Shown piece after piece: positions 28,624-41,611 of a DNA stretch of 64,000 nucleotides. The stretch comes from Geosiphon pyriformis uo1 (lineage: Eukaryota > Fungi > Glomeromycota): the NCBI GenBank assembly GCA_016748015.1, contig JAAOMT010000760.1:634216-698215 (forward strand), read 5' to 3'. The first letter of the stretch is position 1, and the number at the start of each line of letters is the position of its first letter. Below the pieces are notes generated by a model that was not told where the DNA came from, did not search any database, and worked only from the letters and a program-made list of their open reading frames with translations. Both the position numbers and the translations under genes were made by a program.

Positions 28624-28959
28624 ATGCAACATTTGAACTAACGAATGCACCACCTGCAGCTTTATGCAATGGAATACTCATCACATTCACGTATCACTGA
28701 TCTATAAAATCGTCACACAATATAAAAAAATTTGCATGAAAATCGGAAAAAGGATAAGAATTTAGAACGCCTAATGCAATACATGGTGGTGGTGATTATA
28801 ATTTCTTGTGCCAAGCCATCGATTCAATTATGATTCAAATATGTGTTAGCTTTTAATAATTATGCAAGCAGGCATATTTCATCCCTTTGACTCTTTCTTT
28901 GACATCGACACACTGATTTCTCAAGAGTGAACGCGCGCGCGCGTTCAGTCATCATGCAA
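28624..28959. promoter_or_regulatory. Candidate upstream regulatory region of paralogue A: six ATGCAA/TTGCAT motifs and a 20-bp CG palindrome
   Basis: Motifs at 28624, 28664, 28732 (within ATTTGCAT, 28730-28737), 28774, 28862 and 28954; TGAA(CG)6TTCA at 28928-28947; CG-richer than the flanks. Confidence 0.35.
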
Positions 28960-31140
28960 GGTCACCGAGTAATGTTTGAACCCCGCTATTGATATATTGC
29001 GACAGACAATCACCAATCATTGCAACATGATTACGCAACTAATTTCATTTATCATCATCAAACGACATGTAATGATAACGACCATGATCATGGGATTATG
29101 CCATTTTCCCTCTCTTCCAAAAAAGTTTAATTGGAAGGAAGGGTGGGGGAGCGCCTAGCTTTGGTTGGTTGTTCTAATGGGTTGACATCACACGATGGAG
29201 AGAAAATGCGCGCGCTCACATTTCGCACTTGTGGGGCATGATCGCGTCGGGAAAACGATCCCATGAAAGAAAAATAATCAAATAATGTGTCATCATGATA
29301 GATTAGAAATCTTGATAAATTTCATTAAACCCAGTTAGAAAATGGTAAAAAAAAAAGCCCAAAACACAATAAAAATTTACGAAAAAGGGATAGCTTCAAT
29401 GAGGAACATTAACGATTCTCGAAGTTAAAATAATATTTTTTTTTTTTTTTAAATAATTAATTATAATTAATGCAAAATAACACTTTTTTCTGGGATATCA
29501 ACATGGATCGTAGCGATCACTTATGATTGTAGAGTGTGTGTGTGATAGAAACAGATATCACTAATTTGTCATTCGTCACCAAAATAGGATAAACATTTCT
29601 GATGATCTATGTTTGTTTGAACTTTAAGTGGCGTTATGATTTTAGAATTTTCCCGAAACATTATCACAAATTTCACGCGCCTTCAAAAGAAATGGGACAT
29701 TTCATTCAAAATGGATGTCTAGACTTTTTTTTAATTAGGATTATATTTGAATTTATTAGTTTTGCTATATTCGATTATATTTTTTGATTTAAAACGAAAT
29801 TATAAGCAAGTTATAATTATGATCATTGAAAATTTTTGAGAAATATTTATTTCAAGGTAAAATGAGCAGAAAAAAAAAAGTTTTTTTTTAAAAAATCCGT
29901 TCTTTTGCTAATACTTTAAACACACACCAAAACTGAATGATATAAACACATGTGAGCGAGATCTATATATATTAAAGGAAACAAGGGAAGCAGAATATAT
30001 CACAGCTGCTTATAGTAAGATTCGGGAAGCATTTATTTTTAAAGATGTTTCAAAGAACTTTTTTGAAAAATAAATATGTTTTAAAATTCAAAAATCATTG
30101 ATCAAAGCCTCAAAATTCGTTTCAGATTAAATAAAATTTATTAGCCTAAAACCTAGCAAACAAATAAAACTTGAACTAAAATTTTTTATAACTTGAATAT
30201 TTTCCCTCTTTAACGGGGGGGGGGGTTGGGGTTGGGGGGGGGAGAGGAGGGTATTTCAAAAGGATTTTATAATTTTGAACTTTTAGTCTTTTGATGTTAG
30301 GATTTAAAAGGAGTAATGAAATATTTTGGAAAAATTTCAAAAATCTAATAATTAATATAAAGTTTTTAAGTGAAATAAATAACGATCTTTAAGAAAATTT
30401 AACAAAAATAAGCAAATATTTATGGAAAATTTATTTTATTTTTTAAATAAAGTGAATTTAATTACGTTTTTATTACCAAAATTAATGATCCTTCTTTACG
30501 AAATTTTTAGGAATCAAAAAATAATGCGAGGAAATGTTTATGGCATAAGTATTCTTGCGATTTATTTAGTATTACTCGCATGAATAGATAATCAATCGTC
30601 CGAAACTCAACATAACAAATCCACGGTTTAAAAGTTGATGCTTACCATCAAATATACTAAAAATGCCCGATTTTGCAATAATGTTTGGATAAAAAATTAT
30701 GAAACATTAATAACAAAAGCCTCAAGATCAAAATATTTTTTTTAAAAAAACTACAGGTATATTGTCAAAATTTTTAAAATTTCATAATCATCATATATTA
30801 CTATGACATGTGATTTTTAGCTGACACGGAAATGGCTGATTAATTGTCTCATGAATTATTGATTAAGTAATAAAAATGATTGATGTGATTAGAATGATGT
30901 TATTTTTAATAAACTAGTACTCATTGTTTTTGGGTAACAGCTTTTTGAGAACTTTTTTTGGATTGGGAAAAAATCTCACGTGAATATGAAAGTTTTAGTT
31001 TCATTATTATTATTATTATTATTAAAATTATTATCATGTACATGTAGTATTTTGGCGAGTGAAGTTTTTTAAAAAAGTTCAAAAGAATCACTTTTTTTGT
31101 TAATTATGTATAAAATAGCTATATGTTTCTAATATTATTC

Positions 31141-31205
31141 TTATTTATATTTATATTTATATTTACATTTATATTTATATTTATATTTATATTTGTATTT
31201 ATATA
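31141..31205. repeat. (TTTATA)n hexamer microsatellite
   Basis: Directly visible in the sequence. Confidence 0.85.
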
Positions 31206-32025
31206 TAAAAGAAACCTTTTCTAATAGTAATTTAAAATACTTTGGAACCAAACCACTTTTTTAAGAAACCTGCCTCTTACGTATTTATCCTATTAATTGT
31301 GTAATGAAAATTTTTTCGAAATCTCTGTTAATTGAATATGTTAATCACAAGTTTTAATATTTTGTGTAAAAATCCAAAAAGTTAATATATCATTCCCATT
31401 AAAAAGATAAATTTCTTGTAAGTTTAATTTTCATATTTACCTATTAAAAATTATCTTTGGTTTTTTATATAAACTTTTTTTATTTCATTGAAATTATTTT
31501 CTTCTCAATTCAAAAGTATCCCAGAACCATTAACTTGGATGCATTTTAAAGTACATATAATTTCGAAAACTGACTATCTATAGTTTAAGGGTTAGGTAAA
31601 TTTCGGTTTTTTCATAATGAGAATTTATAGAAAGCAGAATTAAAGTAGCAGCCATAGGGATACGTAAAATGAAATTGATGGTATTCAGGAATACCATTGA
31701 AAATTAATGAATCATCTTGAACTAAAAGCTGGTTTCTCATTTATCAATTCTCTGTATAACCATTCAAGGTTTGATGAATTTTAAACTTCATTATAAAGTA
31801 TGCTAAAAATTTCCCATAATTACGCCAAAATGGGAATGTTAATTTTAATTATAAACTTAATAATATTAAAAAAGTCGGTGCAAGGAACTCCAGAAAATTG
31901 GCTATATAGCGACAACAACGTTTTCTTCTTTTCTACCAATCTAGCTTTTTCAAAAGTCGAAAACCATTTGAGATTAAAATTCTAATCTATTCAATTCGTC
32001 TTCCTAATCATCTAATTCGTGAAAA

Positions 32026-32250
32026 ATGCCTCAATTTAATTTCATGTCTCATGCTATTTTTATCATGATCCTTGTCATCTTAATGAATGCTAATTGTTTC
32101 TCAGTCGTTGCACCAGTCTACGCGTCGAAGAACACTTTGGTAAAACGGTGCTGGTACTTTCCTCGAATGTTTGAGTACTGCGTTCCTTGTTGCCAACCTA
32201 CGGCTCTTTATGACTCCTGTAATGATTCCTCAGACGCCAACGAATGGTAG
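32026..32250 (+). CDS. Small secreted Cys-rich peptide precursor (signal peptide - propeptide - KR - 33-aa mature peptide), 74 aa
   Basis: AAAAATG start; hydrophobic AIFIMILVILM; LVKR Kex2-type site followed by CWYFPRMFEYCVPCCQPTALYDSCNDSSDANEW; GC higher than flanks. Confidence 0.7.
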   Translation: MPQFNFMSHAIFIMILVILMNANCFSVVAPVYASKNTLVKRCWYFPRMFEYCVPCCQPTALYDSCNDSSDANEW

Positions 32251-33109
32251 TAATGTAGGAAATGCTAAAGGCAAAAATAACGGTGATGATTTTGATAATT
32301 AAATATAGAAAATTTTATTTTATATTTTAAATAATACAAGTAAGATATATATCTGTAGATTAAAAATTTAAGAAATGTCTCATTGATAACAAAATTTCTT
32401 GAAAATTTTTTTTTAAATTTTCAGCTTGATTTCAAACCAATATTAATAATAATGAGCTAATTAAAAAATAATGTAAATCTAATATCGGTTGAAAAATAAG
32501 AGTTTTTAACCTTCGAAAATAATCCATTGCAAAAACATTTGAATTATTTTCTTCAATTTTTTTAAAATAATTAAAATTCAAAATTTATATTTTTCTCTTA
32601 TAAAAATATGATCATGTTTTCATACAAGATATTAAATCTTATAAATAATGTAAAAGATTTTGGAGAAGTTAAAGAAATTAAAATTTTGTAAGCATAATAA
32701 AAAGAACATGCAATTGTTGATTTAAATATTTTAATGAAACAGTGAAAAACTCTAATTTTAAAAGTAAATGAACTGAAAAAAGAAGATAAATTTATAATTT
32801 ATATTTGTTGATAATATTTCAATTCTGATTATCACATGGTTCAAAAGCACGATTAACTTCGGATTAAGGAGAAACCTCTGTAGATTTAAATCCGAAGCAT
32901 CATCAACTACGGCTTAAGGATTCCAAAACTGCTTTATCCACCAACTGCTTGAATATTGAGAGCATAGATACCTAGATTGCTCATGTTATAGAGCCAGAAA
33001 CTCCGATTGTTCAAAATAATAAGATTCATTAGAAAAATTATAAAATAGCCTGAAATTTGTTTGAAATTCTAAAACCATAAGATGATGACTTGCAAAAAAA
33101 TTCATCAAT

Positions 33110-34130
33110 CAAATACGTGTACTTCTAATATTCCTTTTAGCTGTTTTTTATGCACTCTTATTCTTGCAAAAATTTAATTGATTTCTAAAGGACAAAAAAC
33201 ATGAACCACCTTCGAAATATACCACTTATTGGTATCTTAAAAACCCAAATTCAACGTTAAACTAACCACTTGGAAGAATACTATGCAACAAAGATCGCCT
33301 CAAGGTATTGACATTTATAAACTCGGTCAATTGACCGAGGCATCAAATTAAGCCTATTATTGTATGAGACATCAGTACCCTATTATAGGTTAAATTTTGA
33401 AAAGAATTTTAATTTGACAAAAATTATTCCAGTCCACACACTTTTTTTAACAAAATATTTTTTCAGAATTCCAGCAAAATTTGCTTAAAGCACGAAAAAT
33501 TTCGTCACTTTTGGAGGTAGCAAAATGATAATATTATAAAGCATTCCTTTTAAAAACACCTGGTTCTTTATTACTTTTAGGTCCATCCTTAGGCATCGAA
33601 AGAAAAAAATCATTCATTCACTGGATAGAGGACTGGTGGTGGTATGGTTTAAATCTCTTTCCCCTGAATAAATCATATTATTGAAAGTTATCAACATTTT
33701 AACAAATACTGCCCTCGATTTTATTTAAAAACAGTCGCAGTTATCGCCTACCTAGCAAACTAGAATCATACATAAAAAACCAAGACTTTGAAGTACGAGC
33801 GACCACATTTGGTGCTCCTCATTGATGTCGCTCGTTTGATTAACATATTTCAATGAGTATGTTCCTCATTTTCGAAGTTTTGATCCATCATATGGAGAAT
33901 TCTGCGACTGTCCAACTGATTTTCATATTTTGCAGTGTCCACGTATTGATTAGAAGAATAAAGGATCATGACAAATTGGAGTGTTCGATGAAACATTCTT
34001 CCCACGCGATGTAATCGTGGGGGAAACAGGTTTTTAAATTCTTTTAAATGTTTTTTATCTAATCAATTTTTTTTTAAAAACATCCTTTTAAGGACAATCA
34101 AATTACCAATATACCAGGGAAATTTGTCTA
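33110..34130 (+). pseudogene. Probable decayed class 3 lipase gene
   Basis: Ordered fragments in shifting frames: signal-like RVLLIFLLAVFYALLFLQ, AYYC, WFFITFRS, FEVRATTFGAPH* (~33788-33826), TYFNEYVPHFR, later Cys pairs. The catalytic GHSxG motif is not visible. Confidence 0.4.
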
Positions 34131-35065
34131 AATTAGGCCATTGTTGGCGATATCTCGGAATATGATTAATTTCGTCGAAATCTTTCCTTCATAAAAATTT
34201 GCTAATTAAATAAAAAATCCAAGGACCAACAACATTGAAAATTCTGTTACTGTTGAAAAAATCCTTTTTTTTGGGCATATCAATCTTTTAATACATTGGG
34301 ATCCTGAAACCGTCTCTTTGAAATGCTTTGAAAATAAATAATTTTTAGATATCTTGACCAAAGCAACAGCTAGCTCAAGAACTCTGAGAAATATCAATTA
34401 TCATGAGTCTGAACCATATAATAAACAAGTAAGACGAGTTTACAGCACAGCTCTCAAATAAGATCTACAATTATTATTATTATTATTATTGTAAGGATTT
34501 TGAATTCACCAAATTTTTCGAGTTCAATCACTCCATAGATTTCGACGTTTTAGCTGGATTGACATCCGCAAATGAATGAAATTGAGATTTGGGAGGAAAT
34601 AATTCGGATGGGATGCTTTGCTCTCCATAAAATCTTGAAAGTCTTCAGAATATTGATCCGTTTTTGCTGTTGATTTGCTTTTATGAGATTTTATTGGTCA
34701 ATTACTTTTACAGGTTATGCCCTACAAACAAATTTAAAAAAAGATTTGAAGAAAAGTCTAAAAACGTGTTATATAGTTTAAAAGGAATTCCGAACCAGTT
34801 CCAAATCGTAGCAGTGAACATAAAGGAACTGAAATTAATTTATTAATTTTTGCATATCTAATAGCCAACTGTTTGTTTTTTCACACAAAATGAATCATCA
34901 AATAATAAAAAAGTACATAAAAAGTTCACTTTTACTTTAACATTTATTTTGTTTGCAAAAAAAAGATTATTTTCTCAATAAAGGTGATTACATCTTTCAT
35001 TACAAGCTTTCTAATCATTTGATAATATATTCTTAAATTCTATATTTTAAATAAATTTTATACAT

Positions 35066-35068
<3 letters not shown>

Positions 35069-35104
<36 letters not shown>
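35069..35104. repeat. (AAT)n microsatellite
   Basis: Directly visible in the sequence. Confidence 0.85.
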
Positions 35105-37421
35105 GCATAGGATTGATTTTATGATGAAAATTCATTAACAGATTTTTGCTCACAATATATAATAAATTTATTAGATCAAATTGAGAATCCAATATTATAT
35201 TTTAGGAACATCATTTTAGACTAACTAATTTATGATTTGTAAATGCGATAAACAATATAATTATCAAAATGTGAGAATTTTGTTTTGAAATTTGATTTAT
35301 CAGAATGCTTCTACAAATTTGATTGTCTGGTTATTATAATTTCGTTGCGACTATATTAGAGTAGAAACTATTGAATTTACAAAGATAATATCATCAGGAA
35401 CCTTATATTGTTTGTAAAGGCAAAAAAAGTTTAAAATTTATTTAGTAATCTAATTATAATTTTTTAATTTCCTTCCCATAAGTTTCATAATAACACTTCT
35501 TTTATGCAAACATTAACTCTATAATCAAAACTCAAAATTAAGTTTAAATTTCAAAGGTTGAGATATATCTCTTTTTCAGAATATAAATTCTTTAAAAACA
35601 CTGAATTTTTTTATAATTATGTATAATTAATGTTCTTTTTCCTTCTGTAATTTGCGGAGAAGAGGAAAAAAATTTCATTAAACAAATAAAAATTTTTAAT
35701 TTAAAAATCTGACGATTAAAAAATAACTGATAGCATCAATAATTAAAGTCTAACGAAAAGATTCGGATGGATTGCCTTAATTTTTTCATCTTTTGGACGT
35801 GGAAAGTGAGGCTAATAAGCTCGTTTTTTGAGGTGCAATCCTTTTAGGCTGCCTAAAAATGGAAAAATGAAGTTTTTTCTATCAAATCATCAATGACATT
35901 GGAATTGCCCTTGAAAACTTGGTGTTTCAGTCCTAAATACTTGATCGCTAAAAAAATATGTTCATTAGCTATTCAGTTGAAAATTTATACACAAAACTCC
36001 AAGATTAGACTCACTCATAACTTCCTAACTCCGTAATTAAATTATCATGACCTAAAATCGTCTGCTTCGGAATCTGACTTTATGAAATCACTCGATGAAA
36101 GTGAAATAGAATTTGAAACTAAACAAAAATAAAATTTCCTGATTTTTTAATATCAGTCTGAATACTTTGACCTCATTTAGATTTTGATAATACATTAATT
36201 GATTTTGTTCAAGCTCATCTTTTGCCATTTCTGCTTCAAAATATCCGAATAAAGAATTTGAAAATCTTCTAAAATGATTTCCGTCAGACCCTATAATAAA
36301 AAAAGTTTTTCTTAAACGTTCGGGGAAGAATTAAAGTAACTTAATTAAGTTAAAAGAACAATTCAAGAAATTAAAAAATATTTATTTATGCCTACTTAAA
36401 AGGAATTCCTTTATACTTTTGACCGTTTTTATTTTTGAGCAGATTCAATCGGCATTACTCGTGATACCTTCAAAGATTGGTCAAAGATCCAAGTATATTT
36501 TTACTGCTAGTTTCATTTCAGAATACTTAATATAACTCGTATTCTATGAATAATATATTGGTATGGTTTTCAATACTTTTTATAACAACTTGGTTGACTT
36601 GTGACCAGACACATATCAATTTTAATCGCAAAAGGCGACCTTTTCATTTCAGGGTGAAAAGCTGGAAAAATGATCTAAAGACCCAATTGAGAGCGTGTAG
36701 TTTGCATTTATTTGCTACATATAGCTTTCCTTATTATAATTTATTTGCATTTTTAAGTCCAAATTGTACTCAAAAATTTTATTGGATTATATCCTTTGTT
36801 TTACAGTTTTAACTTAAGCCTATAGATCTTCATGTTCTATTTCAAATATAGATGTTTGCAAGTTAGAATATTGTGCTTAATACAAAAATCTTAGACTTTA
36901 ACCAAATTTTTGGCTTTCAAAATTCAGTTTTCAATTGAATTTGCAAATTTCTCTAATTTCTTAAAAATCTCGTGGTCTCAACTTTAAAACCACTTTTTTC
37001 CTTTCAAAATTCTTTTTACATATAATTTTAGTTTTTGATTAACAGACGTTTAGAATAGCAGATTTTTAGTTCCTCTCCCAGATGTCAATAAACAAAAAGT
37101 TCTTTTACCAACCACTTTGAATATAACAAAATTAAATCTATTTTTTTTGCATAGTTTTCTATCCTGACTTAAAAATAAGCATTTCAAATAAATTTAAAAC
37201 TGGAACAATTATTCTTTCTTTAAATTGTTTACGGTCAGAAATGATAATGACTCATGTCGTCTGATCAGAGAAATTGATTTTATTGATTTATTGGCTATCA
37301 AGGTTTATAAGCCGTTACTTATTTTATTTGAAACTAATAAAGAACCTTTTGTGAAACCTTATAAGGTAAAAAAATTTTGAAACTACACTATTTATTTCGC
37401 TAACCTTATTGCACATTAAAA

Positions 37422-38505
37422 ATGGTAAGATATGATGCGATACTCAAAGAGAAGCATTTCGACTTTTTGCTCTCTACACATTTTTGTTTATCAAATAAAT
37501 TTAGTTTTTGAAGTTAGTGTTGAATCCTGAAAATACCTCACCACGGCTCAGTCAAAAAACTAATAATGAGATGGATTTTAATACTAAACTTAAAGTGGTA
37601 TAAATTTTTAATGAACATTAATCCTCTGCCTATTGGATTTTCAAAATCAAAATTTGACAATTTGGTCCCCGAATATTTCAATAAAAAAGGTTCTAGATAC
37701 TCACGCTGAGGCACAAAAGGCTATGTCACGATTGACGGAAGCCGTAAATATCTTACAAAATTCACCTTCCATTAATAAGCTTCCGCCTGTAGCTGAAAAG
37801 GGAAACGATGAGAAAATCTTCGAGATGGTAGAATGTAAAATTGAAGGCACACAGGTTTCCTCAGCAATTTTATATCGAGAAAATGAGGTCGATTCAAGAC
37901 AAACTCTTGCCCAAAATGATGGTCAATTTTGTGCCGATGTAAACTTTAACCAGCTAGTTAAGGCTGATAACAGCACTACTCTAGGTACCAAATCTTCTGT
38001 CCACCATTTAAATTTGTGTCTGGAACCCAAGATACAGCTGATACCTGATATGGAGGCTAAAAAAGAGACTCCAGCTCCAATATCTTCAAAACGACATTCC
38101 AACTCATCAAAATTAATCACTGTTTCACATTCAGTACAAAGGGCTTATCGCACCAGAGAGAAAAGAAGAGCTTCATTAACGATGAATTATCATCATAAAT
38201 ATAATGATAGTAGTGGATCTGAAACTCGAAAAAGTCAAAGAACAAGAGATAATGGTCCTAAAGAAGCTTCAAATATTTTCGCTGATTTCAAAGAATGTCT
38301 GGAATATCGAAGAAAAGTTGGGACAGGAGTGCAGAAATTGATCGCAGCTGAGTTGACCCAATTGGGAAAGTCCTTTGGAATCGAATTCTCACAAACTGAT
38401 ATTTCCTCAATGGCACGAGGATTAGCTCCTGCACGCCACAAAATAGATTTAGTTAATGCTTGGATTGCGGCTGAGCAGGAAAAAAGGGCTAAAGAAGAAA
38501 TTTAG
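37422..38505 (+). CDS. Paralogue B: POU-specific-like HTH protein, ~303 aa; exons 37422-37424 (ATG only), 37505-37597, 37690-38505 (alternative start 37571)
   Basis: ATG|GTAAGA...TAG (80 nt) and GTG|GTATAA...AAAG (92 nt, phase 0) precede VLDTHAEAQKAMSRLTEAVNILQ. C-terminal FADFKECLEYRRKVGTGVQKLIAAELTQLGKSFGIEFSQTDISSMARGL...LVNAWIAAEQEKR. The 5' exons are less certain than the last exon. Confidence 0.8.
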
Positions 38506-39439
38506 AATATAATATCATTCTTATTTGAAGTAAATCGTCTCTATTGAGAAATTTACATGCAAAGATACTTACCAATCAGAACTTTGGATTCACGTATACT
38601 TTTGATAGCCAACTTCAAATATTGAAAAACTGGTTATTATTTTAAGACTTTTTCGCCGATAAACTAATCTGCTAAAATTTCAAAATTGCAAAAGAAGTTT
38701 ATTCTTTCCTTTTATTTAATAAAATCCAAGAATAAAGACCATTTTTTAATGCTAGAAAGTTAGATTTTATTACTTTTTTATGAGCCTTTTCATTTCGAAA
38801 TTATTTATTAATCTCAAGTTTTCTTTGAACAGTTATTATGGAAACCATCAGATTTCCTAAAAAATTTTTATAGTAGATTTTCGTCCTCGAAAAATAATAA
38901 ATCTATTTCCTGAAATTCTGCTTCATTTCCTAAAATTGAATGAGCTTTTACAAATTTGACTTTTCTAAATACAATTATTTACAATTAAAAAAGCGAAAGC
39001 AAAAATTTGGGTTACATCTATTGACTGTATTTTGGAACTATTATTTATTTTGATAAATGATTTGTATTGAAGAATTATTTGGTGACTACATGCTCACACT
39101 TTCAAATATTCAAATTCTGAGCTGAATATAGCCAATTTCACATATTTTTTACCTATAAAGCCTAAGCAGCTGGTTAGTATTTTTAGGAATTACTCAGTAA
39201 AGATTTTGAGCAGCAAAAAGTTTTTATCCGTCGTTAAGGATGTTGTTCAAATCGGCTAAAGATTCATCATACTTACCTTTGCCAATTAGAATCGTCACAC
39301 TTGTGTGTTTGGATTGAACACTTTAGTTTCAGCCACGGTAGGGAGTAAGTTCGATTCTTGGATTTTTTACAATGACCTTAGAATATTATTTTTATGCGGT
39401 ATCGCAATAATAATTCAAACTTACCAATAATCCAGCTTT

Positions 39440-40600
39440 TCGCTTAGCGATGTCGGCTCAGGTGTCAACTTCAAGAGACTAGGTAAAGTCATATTGGAAC
39501 GGGTTACCTCAGAAGTTGTGGTTACCTATCTCTGTCGCTCTTCTCCTCCCTCCATAATGCAAAACTCGTGATCCCCTTCGACGAGTAAGAACTTTCCTTT
39601 CCAGCAGCATTGTTTTCAACTGCAGGATGCAAGAACAGCGAGTGACTAAATACAGAAAGAGCGCCAAGCAAGCAAAAAGCGCAAGACAAAAACCAGGAAA
39701 AGGCCAGCACGCAACAAGCGATTACTCTCGGGAGAAACTCTCAGCCGCAAGTTGTTGCTGAGGGTGTATCCCGACCACTCTCAGATGCAATTACTGAAAC
39801 AATGAAATTTGCCTTTAATACTATAGTGAAACAAAAGGCGTTATGTTGTGGTAAACAAGTAAATTACGGAAAAGACAAGGCTGAAGCCTATACATTTCAA
39901 GACATCTTTTTGGTGATGTCTCGGCTATCTGGGGTGAGTAAAATAGCTTCTGTGACATCAAACAAATTGTTCGTCTGTGCAAGTTATGGATGACCTTTTT
40001 GTTGGAAAATTGCTATCGTTACTTCAAAGCAAAAGCAGCCTTGAACATACAACAAAGGGTTGTGCATTTACAGATTGAAATTCATAATAAGATAATCGTA
40101 TTTTTCACTCTCAATTTTGAGGTTCCAGATATGGCGAGGAAAATTATGCACTTTAAAGGAAAAGAAAAAGATCGAAGCTAATTGCGAATATAGAAACAAA
40201 ACGTTCGAAAAATGCTCTACTGGGCATATTATCATTTCCATTAACATTCGATCGCCAAAGCTGAGGAGTTAGGAGGTTATGTTGTCATTCAAAATGAGGT
40301 TATACATCGAAGACTTATAGCTCGTGTGGTAACATAAAAAGCATCTGAAAGCCTGAAGTGTATAACTCCTGGTAATTGAGAGAAATAAAAATCGCCTTCA
40401 AGGGATCCTCCTCCGGGTAATACTTGATGGAGTCTTAATCTTACTGGAATACCTCTTAAAAAGAGTCAGCTATCACTTCAATTTATTCCCATAAGTGGCA
40501 ATCTATTGGGTAAAGATGGGCTTGGGAATACTCTTATCGGGTCACAGATGTTCCCAAGCTGACCATCGTGTCAACAGCGCAGCATTTGAACCCTCATGTC
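39440..40600 (+). pseudogene. GC-elevated degenerate coding-like remnant, family unassigned (possibly TE ORF)
   Basis: Clearly more GC-rich than the flanks; consecutive short + strand ORFs (39802-39993, 39990-40181) interrupted by stops and frameshifts; no motif recognised. Confidence 0.3.
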
Positions 40601-41611
40601 AGCTTGTTTACTTTTAAAATTAATTTATTTTATACTATAACCACTAGTAAGAGCTGATATTTTGTTTCACACCAGGGAAAATAACTAACCGTAAAGGACT
40701 TTCTGTTTACAAAATGCCACGAATAACATCCTTGATATATAGTTCTTCAAGACTTATTGGATTTGCCTTTTTATATAGATTTTTTAAATTTTAATAATCT
40801 AAAACGCAAAAACCATTATTTTAATTGAAATTGAGAGAGCTTGCATTAATGATAACAATGTTTAATTATAAATTGGGAAAATATTCATCATCCAGTTTTT
40901 TGTACGCTTCGGTCTCAACCCATTTATTGACAGGTAAATTAAGGAAATGATGAAAGATGCAGTGGCTCAGTGATTGATAAAGCATTGGTTGAGCAAAATG
41001 AATTTATCAACGTAATGGACAGCAACAACAAGGTGCATCAACAGATCCTCTTTCTTTTCAATTTCGTAAGGTATTGAATCACATATAACAAATTCGTGCT
41101 CTGAATTTTCCCGAGTTACCTTAGAATCGTTTTTATGTATCTTGCAGCAATATATGCACATCAACACACGATAAAGAAATAAATTTTTTACGTTTTTACT
41201 TTTTAAATTGTTATACATCCTTTATTTCCAAGAATAAACATGTACTATGGCCTTTCCAATCCACACAAAATCACATATGATGGCAAGCTCACTTAGTATC
41301 ACAAAAGTAATGAGTGTATCTTACACAAATACACAGAGAGGCTATCGCATTTTTCACTTACGAATTTGATACTATTATCGTTCCTCCCTTTGAGGTATCG
41401 GACATTGTGAACGTTTTCCTTTGAAAAAGAAGCCAATATGTTCTTTTTTGCAAGGTAGCACCTTCAGCAATGCGTCTCATGTTGTCCGTTCCTTAAATAA
41501 TCAAAGTATATATAGATCACTGTTAATATGCCTCTTAATCAATCCAGCAAATTGCGAATATAGCTAATGATTTACTTTGCATTTTTAAACAAAAGGCTTT
41601 TATAAATGATA

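Noticed and set aside
39310-39365. tRNA-like GTTCGATTC T-loop motif
   Set aside because: No acceptor, D or anticodon stems could be paired around it.
40860-41490. Coding-like minus-strand fragments downstream of the methyltransferase
   Set aside because: No consistent spliced model or recognisable motif could be built.
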